This document shows, in pieces, positions 11,901 through 24,290 of a DNA stretch of 64,000 nt. The notes beneath the pieces are model-generated. The model was given only the letters and a program-made list of their open reading frames with translations, did no database searches and was not told where the DNA came from. The stretch covers positions 806,001 to 870,000 of the forward strand of contig CATNEN010000030.1 of assembly GCA_950097015.1 (NCBI GenBank), written 5' to 3'. The DNA is from Macrostomum hystrix (taxonomy: Eukaryota; Animalia; Platyhelminthes). The first letter of the stretch is position 1. The number at the start of each line of letters is the position of its first letter. Both the position numbers and the translations under genes were made by a program.

Positions 11901-14900
11901 TCAGCCTCACAGTGTATTTACCTTACCGGTCTACTAGCCTAAGCTTCCATGAAGCAAATGTGTGCTGCTCAGCCGTATCAACTCAATAGACTCAGGGTGC
12001 ACTGAAAAGGCCCTCCGCTAGAAATTTGTTTTCCGTCAAAAGACGGATTTTTTTGTCCATCAAAAGTTGCCGCATATTTCTGAATAAGGTGTTTATACAC
12101 TTGTGTGGATGTGTCTGTGTGTGTACGTGTGTTTTTTGTAAACAAAGTTGCAGATATTTTCAATCACAAATGGAACAATCCGTATTTCCGGTCCATTTTT
12201 CTACTAGATTAGATTGGATTGGCCTTATCCTTCATTTCGACAAGTTATAATCGGGACAAATTCATTTCATTTTTTACCTTTAGTTATTCTAGAAGATCCT
12301 TCAAACCACTGACTCACACAGGCAGCCAAAAAATACAGCTTCTACTATAGCAATGGGAGGGCACCAATTTTGTATTGATTCATTGCCAGTCACGTGAGCA
12401 CACTGAACCGTGAGACCGAGAAGGCCCGGAGCTATTTTTTTTGTTCATCCCCATTCTATTTGCCTCTCGGTTTGCTTATACAGCTCCGCTGATAAGAATC
12501 CCCTCGATTGCCTGGGTGCCTTCTCTTCCTGACAGCTCGATACTCCGGCCCACTTTTCTCTCTCCTCTCCCACAAGCTCCCCAGGCAAACCGGCCGGTTC
12601 TCCCGTGAATTCTCCACTACAGCTGCCTTGCCATTGCTGAGTCCGGCTGGGCTGGGGTCGCGGGGGCGGACTGCGAACTGTTCACGATGAGCAGAGGAAT
12701 AATGCGGGAAGAGATATTGCTGGAGCTATCCTCGCTCAAGAGCCTTCAGTTCCATCTTCAGGCACGTTGGGACCAAATGGTCTCTTCCTCTTCCCTCTCA
12801 TTATCTCTCCCCACTCCCCTCTCTGGTCTTCCCAATGCGTGCATGCGTATAGGGGGGCCAGCCAAAGGTGGGGTGACAAAAATGACATGACTCAGCAATC
12901 GGTCTGCTTGAGTTTTGAGTTTGCTTTTGCAGGCAAAAGCCCCCACTTTTAGGAGGCCACTTTTACAGAGGGGTTAGCTAAATTCAAGGCAAAACGCACA
13001 AAAGCAAATATAACAGTTGGGTTATAAGATGACACCCTAGGATGAATACAAAAGGGAGAATTGAAAATAAAATACGAAAACGAAAAGAAAAACAGATGGG
13101 ATAACGCGTCGCTTCTCCCTACAAACTTGAGTCTTGACTAACACTCTGCTTAACCTGCTGATCGGGACAGCAGGTGAGCATATGTAATCGTTTGTCTAAG
13201 ATGTTTATCAAATGATATTAGAAGAAGTATATAGAATCTTCAAAGGCTTAAAGAGGTACCCGATGAAGACGATTATCTATATTAGTATGGACATGACTGG
13301 GCATGGGACATGCTGAAGTGGAATCTGGGATCAAACAGGGGTGGGGATATTGACTCTCTCTAGACAGGTTTTTATCAGATTGATTGTCAGTCAATTCGCG
13401 ATGCAACTCAGCCTATTTTTTGTCTACCTTTTAACGTGCCATTTGTCAGGCTCAGCCCATGATAGTGAGCACTTATTGTTGAAGCATCTGTCATCCTGCA
13501 CGGGCATTTGAGCATATACTGAGCATGGCCAGTTGGGCTGTTAATTGCCGAGGTAATCGCGGCTAAGACTAGTGAAGCAAAAACTGCTCATGACAGGACT
13601 CATCTATGCGTGGATTCTGGATCTCGAAACGACTTTTATTATATATTGCATATAGCATAGTGATGGGTTGGTGAAAGGAGAGTAAAAAATAGGGGGCTGG
13701 CGGGGGATCTTTCTGAGTCGATTCTCTGTTGCTAGGGTGTGCCGGGACATCAAATACGAGATGTCGATATATACACCTATAGCCAGGCCTAAAGAGTGAT
13801 ATATAAGCGATAAAGGACACGCCCCTCAGACTAGGGTAGATCTGGCCCCACGAATGCAGCTTCATATGCTTGCCAACCCATGCAGACCGAACTCCAAGCA
13901 GGGTCTGTCGCGGAGTCTGTCTCGCGTCTGATGCATGAGCAGTTCTCAATGAATTGCGCAATTTCGGGCGTATTTAGAGAATTCAAATAATTTTCGCCTT
14001 ATTTCTGCCCACCATTTCTATTGTAAATTTGTTTCATAATTTGCTATTTAATTTCCCTCCTATTCATCCGGTTGTGTAGTTAGGCTGTTGTTATGCATTG
14101 CTGCATGTCTATGCAGTTTCAGTGCATGGTATTAACTTTAGGATATAACAATGGGACGGCAGAATCCTAAGCCTTTACATGTATTAGTTTAGCCTATTGT
14201 GTTGAGCTCCAAAATTATGGATTATAAACGACGAATTTGACCGTGTGTAGCAGTGAAAATTGACTACCTTTATTGTTACTATACGCGCTCGTATAATGTA
14301 ACTTTTAGTATCCATGGGCCTTTGTGGTCACGTAGATTTGCCTGCCATTGTGCAATAGTGTCAAAATCATTATTCTTTTTTTCAATGCATAATTACTAGG
14401 CTAAACGGGTAGCTCTTTTATTTATTTCATCACAAAAATTATACGCGCGGCTAAAATCAAAGATTGCTTTAGTCATTCCATTATCTATTCCTTTATAGAT
14501 CCCATTATCTATAAATCCTGCCTATATACCACCCGCAACTGTTTAACTGAATTTAATCATCCAGTAAAATTATTGATCAGACTTAAAACTGGGTTGAAAC
14601 ATCGTTACACTAATACGAGCTACGGCACATCTAATGTTATTCCTTCCCAAATTCCTACTGCTATTTAGTTTTCAATTCTCCCGTTTCATAACAAAAATGT
14701 AAATTCGACAAGCAATAAATTTTCACACATTCTCCGAGTAGAATTAGTTCTCGCGTAATTTTTTGAACTTGGAAGAATTAATTCATTTAGGTCCTGTTTC
14801 AGCACCTCATTGAACAAAGATCATAATTAGGGGTGGGGACAATAGGCTAATAAATTTCTCCTCACGTCACAATCATATAAATTAATTTGTTATTACAATA

Positions 14901-15509
14901 GGCTAAAATATTCCATTTTGGTGTAAAAATGTCACGCTGAGAAGATAAGAGCTAAAAAAATGAATGTAGCCTGCGTCAGAAAAATTCCAGCACATGGGCC
15001 CCGACTCCCCGCTGGCGGATGGGGTGGGTGTTGGGTGCTGTGGACGCAATGTTTTAGTTTTTGTCGTGGAGCTTCTCTCTCTTCATTTTATGGCGACCAC
15101 CCCCAGCCCAGAACCTCATTTTCATTCCAACAACACACTGGCAGTAACACCACCGGGCTAGCCAATCCAATCGCGGCGGGGGTGGGTGGACGGGGGTTCG
15201 GGGCCCACATGGCAGGACGGCCCAGTGAGCAGAAAGAGCGGAGGGTTATTGAGGTGGCGGGTCGTGCTGGTGGAGGGTGTGGGGGCAGGGGGTCCAGTTT
15301 TAGCTTCAAAACTGAGCCCTTTGGCTCTCTTCTCGGCTGTCCCGCCTCCGCATAGACCAGAATTGAAGTCCCGTTCCTGCTAAGAGTTTTATACTATTTT
15401 GGTTGGCCTACTCTTCTACTTTTAGGCGCTTGCACTCTGCTTGCAAATCTTCTAGAACACGCTTCAAGACTTCTAAGAAAGGAAGTCCAAGAAGAAAAAG
15501 CAGATAAAT

Positions 15510-18500
15510 ATGCAGTCAAACAGTGATAGTATCCTTCAACAACAGCAGCAGCAGCAGCAACAGCAGCAACAGCAGCAGCTGTTGATGCACGCTGCAGCCT
15601 TCGCTGCGGCAGTTGGCGGCGGAGGAGGCGGTGGCGGCGGTGCCGGCACCAATGCTTCAATGCAGTTAGGCAAATACTCCGTGTTCACAGGTATGCGGAT
15701 CTGCATGTTATAATAAAAAAATTCTATCTTTCTGCAAGATTAATGTACTTTTGCCAAGCAAATGCTGTGAAGAAGTCTTTGTTCTAGAAGGCAAACTCGC
15801 TAGTCCTAGTCCCAATGAGATAAACAGAACGTTGCAGGGAAATTTAGATTATCTTTAATAATCTTGTCAGCCACTCCGCCTGCAGAGTCTAGTTAGCGTT
15901 AACTTCAGCTTCTTTTTTAGTTGTGAAAGCAGATTTCAGACTTGTTCCAGCCCAGGTAAGTCATTTACCAATTAGAATAGCAATATGCTTTGAAGGGTGG
16001 TCGGTAAGAAGAAAGCGTATTTTCTAGCAAGCTACGCGTATAAAAATACCATTTTCTGATTTACCTTGGTACTCGTACTTTCGTGTCAAACTTTCTTACT
16101 CAAATTTTGCGTCTTCGTTTAGTGTAGCATGCCATACTACTAAGGAGTAGCTCAGGCGCACCTGTGACTGAAAAATATACTTATTTTTTAAATCTCATTG
16201 ATTAACAAATATTTCTAAAGCATGCTCGAAAATTAATCCGCAGAGATAACGCAGCAAATGCAACAGCAGCAGCAGCAGCAGAGTCGAAATCAGCAGAACA
16301 GGCGGCACACAATGGGCTGTCCGCCACTGCATCAGCAGCATCAGAGCCTGCAACAGGATGCCGAGAACATTCCACCAGCCGCGGCTCAGGACCGGCCGTT
16401 CAAGCGAGGTCGATTTGAGCCGTCGGTTCAACAGCAGCAGCAGCAGACGCTGCAGACGATTCAGCAACAGCAGCAGTCGCAGCCGCAGGTTCAGCTGCCG
16501 ATGCCTCCACCTGGCTGGGCTGCCGCGCACGCAATGCGGCTACAGCACGGCCTCCAGATGCCGCCGCCGTTGATGCCGCCGCCGAATTTTTCGCAAAATA
16601 GTTTTGCATCGGGCGCCGGCTCTTACGGCATTGTCCAGTCGTTCTACCCGATGCTGCAGCTTATCAGGCCTATGCAGCCAATGCAGCCGCAGCAGCAGCC
16701 GCAGCAACAGCCACAGCAACAGCAACAAGCCCAGCAACAGCAGCATTCGCTTCAGCAACAGCAGTCACTTCAGCAACAGCAGCCTCAGAATCAGCAATCA
16801 GGTGTTGTCAGCAATAGCGGTTCAGCTGACTCACCGTTAGACCTAACCCTGCCCAAGGCTTCGGCGGCAAAGGCGACCGGACCACAGACCCTGTCCGCAT
16901 CAGTCTGTGGCGGACCGATTCCACTGGACCTGTCGTTCAACGCGAACCGGCCTGCTGGTAGCACCGGCAGCGGGCGAACCGAAAGGTCGCGAAAACAGCG
17001 GCGTTCGCTGCCGCCTTCAATGCTGGCAGCGCAGCAGCAGCAGCGGCAGCCAATGCCTGTGCCGATGCTCAGCCCACTGCTGTTTCCTAGCCCAACACTG
17101 ACTGCGGCATCGCAGTCTTCTTCGTCTTCTTTGCTGGCTGGATCGGCAGTTCCGTCGTCTGGCAATCATCAACTTGCCGACCATTTGCCTCGCGTTGACG
17201 CTTCGCCTGAGCCGCCAGGCGGTACAGGCTCGGACTCGCAGCAATCGGCGCCTGGCACGGCCGATGATCCCAACGCCTGTCGAGGTGGCCGACAGCCCAT
17301 CACCACCTGTCACCAGTGCGGCCAAGCTTTCTTATGCCAGGGCGACATGAATGCCCACTTCGAACTGGAGCATCTCAACGCGTTGATGGGTGAATTCGAC
17401 AACGGCAAGTCCTGGAAGTCATCGGCTGTTGAGAACAAGGAGCTCAACGTTGAGGCCACGATGGTTCGCTTGGAGAACGGCGACACGATTGGGTTCAAGT
17501 GCCCTGAGTGCGACTATTTCGCCAAGTGGCCAACTGAGCTGCAGAAGCACATCATGGTCCACTCTAGTGCCCGGCCGCACGTGTGCGTCGTCTGCGGCTG
17601 CACCTACAAATGGAAGTGGGACCTCGGCCGGCACTTTGACCGATCGCACGAGTCTGCCGGCATGCCTAATCCCTATAAGAAGAATTCCGCTAGGCCGTCC
17701 AGCGGCGGCTGCAGCAGCGGCTTCCCGGCTGGCTCATCAGCGACGGCTTCGACATCGGCCACTACTGGTCGGTCGACACCGAGAGCACCGCGACGACAGA
17801 GCGGCAGCCGGCTAGCCTCTCCATCGGCTGGTGGCTCGACGACCGTAGAGCTGATGGCCTATTACTCCACACCAGCCAGATCCGCTGCGTTAGCTGCCGC
17901 CGCTGCGGCTGCAGCAGCCGCCGCTGCCTCGGCCGCCGTTTCAGTTGATACTGTTACCGGTGCGGAGACGGCGGGGTCCGCTTCGCCGACGCCGCCTCTT
18001 CATTCTGACGAGGTTAACGAATGATGACCAGCAGCAGCTGCAGCAACAGCAGGACCTGGCCTGTCCAATTTGTGGTGCACAGGTGAGTTCTATAACAACT
18101 AGGTTATCTGATAGCTAGCAATATGCTTTGAAGGGTGGTTGTATCCATTAAAGGAGCTGTAGTCTAGCGGTCAGGGAGTCGGACTCACACCTTAAAGGTC
18201 GGTGGTTCGATTCCTGACTCTACTGGAATTGATTTGTTTTTAGCAAGACACACTTAACTCTGCATTGCTGTAGTTCACCCAGCTGTTTAATGGAATTTGG
18301 CAGCATCAGCTGGGGTAATTGAAGGTTGGTGTACCGTTCTAAATTCTTGACATCACCGCACGATAAAAAATCAGGCGCGCTGGCCAGCCGAGCTGAAGGC
18401 TCACGTGGTCGGCCATAGCGACTTCCGGCCCTTCCGCTGCAGCGGCTGTCCGTTCGTTGGCCGGCAGCGAATCGAAGTGGCCGCCCACCTCGAAGCGTGC

Positions 18501-19100
18501 GAAGCCACCCACCCGGACTCCACCGTGCTGTGCGAGCCGCCGCCCCATCTGGCCGGTTTGTTCGCCGACGAGGCCGAGGTTGCCGACTACGCCGAGAGGG
18601 CAACCAGGCGACGACTACAGTTCGATGAAGAAGCGGCGGCCGGCACCGACTCGAGGGACGCTTCCGAAGACGAGGGAGAGGCAAAGGTCAGAATGGAGAG
18701 GCTGAGCAGTCTTGGCGTTTGGTTTTGCAACAAGATTTAATGTAATTTTGTGGATTGATGATAACGATTGATTCAGTTTGACTGCCTGTTTAGAGCTAAA
18801 TAAAAACACGTTTTTGTTCTTCCGCAGGCCAGCTCGCTACTCAAATCGGAGCCAGACTCACCTGAGGCGCCATCGTCTTCGGTACGTGACCCGCCTGACC
18901 TGCCTCGCGTTGACAGCCCTAGCGAAACTGCCTACGTGGCCGACACCGCAGCCACCCTCGCCGCCACCGCGCCTTCAACAACAGCGAGCAGCGGCAGTGC
19001 GAAGCCGCAGGCTCTGCAGGTGGTGCCGCAGTCTCCGTGCCGACTGGAGTGCGGAGGAGTCGGCGGTGTCGACCAGGGCCCGCTGCTGCAGCTACAGTAG
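15510..19100 (+). CDS. C2H2 zinc-finger transcription factor with two finger clusters and PXDLS CtBP-binding motifs; frame break near 18013-18052
   Basis: Exons 15510-15690, 16244-~18012, ~18032/18053-18082, 18375-18686 and 18828-19100; junction phases agree. Fingers CHQC..H..EH, CPEC..H..H and CVVC..H...H. A further finger CPICGAQ|ARWPAELKAHVVGH is formed across the 18082/18375 junction. PLDLT lies at 16834 and PLDLS at 16921. Confidence 0.85.
18153..18318 (+). mobile_element. tRNA-derived SINE copy in a zinc-finger gene intron
   Basis: A-box TAGTCTAGCGG and B-box GGTTCGATTCC lie in a ~72-nt tRNA-like head. The body contains GTTCACCCAGCTGTT (18273-18287), which is also present in the copy at 48010-48333. 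Confidence 0.75.
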
Positions 19101-19879
19101 ATGCTCAATCAGTTTGCCCAGCCATCCTGTCTATTGAAACCACCTTTTTGGAATTCCAATTTTTGTCAGTTTTTTGCATGGACCCCTGGTTGCATATCTC
19201 TCAAACGCATGTTCTCTCTCTAGCCAACGCCTTTGTGTTACTTGTTTCCTCATCCTCATTATGATTGGCTTTGTCGTAATCTCATAGAACCGCTGGCCGC
19301 ATTGTAAAATATGGATATTTTTATAGCACTTACTTCAAGCTTCGGCTAATTGAAACTTGAGAAACTGGTTGCTAAGGGCGGCATAAACAGTGCTGCAGCT
19401 GCAGCTAGGGCAAAAGGCTCTCTGATTTCATGGCACAGTGGCAGCAATTCTGGACACCCGGTTGCTGCTGCCACAGTGAGAGAAGCTTTATAGAGACAAA
19501 AACATGTTGCAATTCAACAAAAATTGCGAACCGGCAACTCCGCCGCAAACTAGTTCTGCTATTGTTTACATGTGCCTTTTTACATGTTTACATGTTTAGT
19601 CTTCTGTAATGTAAAAAGGATGGCTACTTTTCATTGTTAATGTGGCTTGCGCATGTTTATTAATTGGAACATGCATTTTCATGCAGACAGAAAACACACT
19701 ATTTTGTCATTGTTGTCCTGCTATTCCTAGGCTTTGTATCAACCATTATAAATACAAAAAAGTGGCTCTATATTAATATATTACGAGTATAATGGATACA
19801 GTGTACCTGACATCAAAGATTGCACGTGTTAAATCCGTCGCCACTGTCAATACTTATTCTTTGTTAAAGGCAGCCAGCA

Positions 19880-21212
19880 AACTGAAGGATCGGTGGTCTA
19901 GACAGACTGAAGGATCGGTGGTCTGACAGACTGAAGGATCAGGGGTCTGACAGACTGAAGGATCGGGGGTCTGACAGACAGGGGATCAGGGGTCTGACAG
20001 ACTGAAGGATCAGGGGTCTGACAGACTGAAGGATCGGGGGTCTGACAGACTGAAGGATCGGGGGTCTGACAGACTGAAGGATCAGGGGTCTGACAGACTG
20101 AAGGATCAGGGGTCTGACAGACTGAAGGATCGGGGGTCTGACAGACTGAAGGATCAGGGGTCTGACAGACTGAAGGATCAGGGGTCTGACAGACTGAAGG
20201 ATCGGTGGTTAGACAGACTGATGAAGGATCGGGGTCTGACAGACCGAAGGATCAGGGGTCTGACAGACTGAAGGATCGGTGGTTAGACAGACTGAAGGAT
20301 CGGGGTCTGACAGACTGAAGGATCAGGGGTCTGACAGACTGAAGGATCGGTGGTTAGACAGACTGAAGGATCGGTGGTTAGACAGACTGAAGGATCAGGG
20401 GTCTGACAGACTGAAGGATCGGGGGTCTGACAGACAGGGGATCAGTGGTCAGAAAGACTGAAGGATCGGTGGTCTGACAGACTGAAGGATCAGGGGTCTG
20501 ACAGACTGAAGGATCAGGGGTCTGACAGACTGAAGGATCGGGGGTCTGACAGACTGAAGGATCAGGGGTCTGACAGACTGAAGGATCAGGGGTCTGACAG
20601 ACTGAAGGATCGGGGGTCTGACAGACTGAAGGATCAGGGGTCTGACAGACTGAAGGATCAGGGGTCTGACAGACTGAAGGATCGGTGGTTAGACAGACTG
20701 ATGAAGGATCGGGGTCTGACAGACCGAAGGATCAGGGGTCTGACAGACTGAAGGATCGGTGGTTAGACAGACTGAAGGATCGGGGTCTGACAGACTGAAG
20801 GATCAGGGGTCTGACAGACTGAAGGATCGGTGGTTAGACAGACTGAAGGATCGGTGGTTAGACAGACTGAAGGATCAGGGGTCTGACAGACTGAAGGATC
20901 GGGGGTCTGACAGACAGGGGATCAGTGGTCAGAAAGACTGAAGGATCGGTGGTCTGACAGACTGAAGGATCAGGGGTCTGACAGACTGAAGGATCAGGGG
21001 TCTGACAGACTGAAGGATCGGGGGTCTGACAGACAGGGGATCAGGGGTCAGACAGACTAAAGGATCAGGGGTCTGACCGACTGAAGGATCGGGGGTCTGA
21101 CAGACTGAAGGATCGGGGGTCTGACAGACAGGGGATCAGGGGTCTGACAGACTAAAGGATCGGGGGTCTGACAGACTAAAGGATCGGGGGTCTGACAGAC
21201 TGAAGGATCGGG
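19880..21212. repeat. 24-nt minisatellite TCTGACAGACTGAAGGATCAGGGG with a 480-nt higher-order duplication
   Basis: Sequence lines 20041-20520 equal lines 20521-21000. Confidence 0.97.
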
Positions 21213-22834
21213 GTTAGATTTAGTCAACCGTTTACTAAATTGCAATACTTTGCCGGCATTACGAATCAATCGATGGAGAAAGAAATTAAATCAAGTAGGA
21301 AAAACAATACCAAATAAAGAATATAATTATCTATGCTGCTTAGACCAATCAATAATCCACTACTGCTTCCGCCACACAACTCCGTGCTAGAGCCAGAACT
21401 TGGCAAATCAACCTAACTGTTACTAAGTGTTTTAAGTATATTTTTCGAAGTTTGACAAAAAAATCTAGTGTTAAAGAAACACAACGAACAGTAACGAAAA
21501 GCAGAAACAGGCCTGATAGACAAGAAACAGAAAAACAATAATAAAAACACACACACACTGGTATAACAGTAACATACATTTGTTCAGTACTCGGAATATG
21601 AGCTATGCACGTTCACGCACTGAAGGAAACATGCCCTATTTGGTTGACAAAAAACTTCCATTTTTAATTTTTTAAGTTTTTATCTTATTAGGTAAATAAA
21701 GTAGACAAACTTTGAATACAAAAAGTAATAAAAATGGAGAAAAAAGCAGTAAAAAACGGTGTAACCTATACAGCGAGACAAACAATACTATGTAATGATC
21801 AATGACAAAAATAAACAACAAAATTTCACAAAGAGCGAAAGATAGAAGAACTGCACTCTTCAATTTTAAGTTAAAGCAGAGAAATTATAAAAAATAAAGG
21901 AATATTTTTGTAATTAGCAGGTAACTTCAGATGATTGAAAAGTTCGAGAAAGATAAATTTGCTATAATAATGCTAATGTTATCATGTTAATTCTTGTTAC
22001 CTACTTATCTAATGAAGTGTAATACTAAGTATATATTTTGAATGACTGCTTTGAATGGAGAAAAAGATGACGAACACTACACAGAAATAAATAAATAGAG
22101 AGGGCAGATGAACAAATATACAAAAGTCTGAATAAGTGAATTTATCAAAAACATAACGACATCATAAACAAAAATAGGATTTACCATAACACAGCTAATA
22201 ATATTAACAATATAATGAGGCTACCGTTGACAACACAGAAAGTTAATTGAAAAAAGGAAACCACAAATAATCTGCTAGTTGCTGTTGCGAAATTTTATAG
22301 ATTTAGATTCCTCTCGTTGTATATATACTACTAACAGGCATTTAGAGAATAGTAGTGCCGTGCGAAATAAGCATATCGTTTTTTGTGTGAAACGGCAAAA
22401 AACTCAGAAAACAATGAGCAATAACAAAAATCCACTAGTGTAGTGTATCAAATTTGGTGCTTATATTAATTATAGAAGTACAATATTTATAATAATGCGA
22501 AAATGGCCCAATTATCATCTGATCATGGTCGAGTTTCACCTGCGCCTGAGCACACGTAGACGCAAATCGCGATTTAATTTATCATATGCTCACCAATCAG
22601 GATCGGTTAAATTAATATCCTGATTTGTCAGACAGCCCGTGGTGTCCCGAGATTATAAAAAATAAAACACCACAAATACTGCCCGAATCTAGTGCAAAGA
22701 TATGTATCGAAAAAGCATTTAATTTATGCCTAGTGTGCTACTTTTCTTCACTAAAATATATGTTAAGTCCTGTTTAAGATTCCTATTGAGCGATAGAAAA
22801 AAAAAGTGTACTTTTGAAATCGGGATTTCAGGAT

Positions 22835-23897
22835 TTGGACAGAATCAGATAAGGGAAATGAGGATTTCGATAGATTTATATTAGGGAAATGAGGATTTAA
22901 ACAGATTTAGATAAGGGAAATGAGGATTTGGACAGAATAAAATTAGGAAAATGAGGATTTCAACAGAATAAAATTAGGAAAATGAGGATTTGGACAGAAT
23001 CAGATTAGGAAAATGAGGATTTGAATAGAATCAGATTAGGGAAATGAGGATTTCTACAGAATCAGATTAGGGAAATGAGGATTTCAACAGAATAAAATTA
23101 GGAAAATGAGGATTTGGACAGAATCAGATTAGGGAAATGAGGATTTCTACAGAATCAGATTAGGAAAATGAGGATTTCTACAGAATCAGATTAGGGAAAT
23201 GAGGATTTGGACAGAATCAGATTAGGGAAATGAGGATTTGGATAGAATCAGATTAGGGAAATGAGGATTTGGATAGAATCAGATTAGGGAAATGAGGATT
23301 TCTACAGAATAAGATTAGGGAAATGAGGATTTCTACAGAATCAGATTAGGGAAATGAGGATTTCTACAGAATCAGATTAGGGAAATGAGGATTTGGTCAG
23401 AATCAGATTAGGGAAATGAGGATTTGGATAGAATCAGATTAGGGAAATGAGGATTTGGATAGAATCGGATTAGGGAAATGAGGATTTGGATAGAATCAGA
23501 TTAGGGAAATGAGGATTTGGATAGAATCAGATTAGGGAAATGAGGATTTGGATAGAATCAGATTAGGGAAATGAGGATTTGGATAGAATCGGATTAGGGA
23601 AATGAGGATTTGGACAGAATCAGATTAGGAAAATGAGGATTTGGATAGAATCAGATTAGGGAAATGAGGATTTCTACAGAATCAGATTAGGGAAATGAGG
23701 ATTTGGACAGAATCAGATTAGGGAAATGAGGATTTGGATAGAATCAGATTAGGGAAATGAGGATTTCTGCAGAATCAGATTAGGGAAACGAGGATTTGGT
23801 CAGAATCAGATTAGGGAAATGAGGATTTGGACAGAATCAGATTAGGGAAATGAGGATTTGGATATAATCAGATTAGGGAAATGAGGATTTCTACAGA
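22835..23897. repeat. 31-nt minisatellite AGATTAGGGAAATGAGGATTTGGATAGAATC
   Basis: Read directly; period 31. Confidence 0.97.
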
Positions 23898-24290
23898 AAT
23901 CGTGATTTAAGGCAAACGAGGATGCTGAAAGAATGTGGATATGATGAAATGAGGACTCGGACAGTCGGGATTTAGGAACTTTAGATTTCAAATTAATTAC
24001 CAGGACCAGGACACAAAGAAGAGAAAGAGACAAAAAACTGTAGGACTGCCATGTATGAATATTTTAGAAAGATAAATTGCTAGAGTACAAAAAGTACACA
24101 TAGATAATCAAAGGACAAATATTTATCAGGCATTAAAAACGTAACAACATAATAGAGTTAACTAGACCACAGATTTACGCAAGCCCGAACGTCAAGGGGA
24201 TCAGTGTTGGCCAATGATAAATCCCCACTGATCAAGCACTCCGGCATGGACGATGATGCGTGCAGAGTGAGAGCTATTAAGAAACGCAGC

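Noticed and set aside
13200-13480. Coding-like stretch (LKEVPDEDDYLY*YGHDWAWDMLKWNLG)
   Set aside because: Multiple in-frame stops and no recognisable family.
18019-18030. Antizyme-like programmed +1 frameshift or selenocysteine readthrough at GAA TGA TGA
   Set aside because: Readthrough would not reach the needed frame, no stimulatory structure was seen, and simpler explanations (indel, short intron) exist.
18153-18224. Functional tRNA-Val(CAC) gene
   Set aside because: The anticodon and acceptor stems do not pair, and a SINE body follows.
19880-23897. CRISPR-like appearance of regular repeats
   Set aside because: There are no unique spacers and no cas genes, and the context is eukaryotic.
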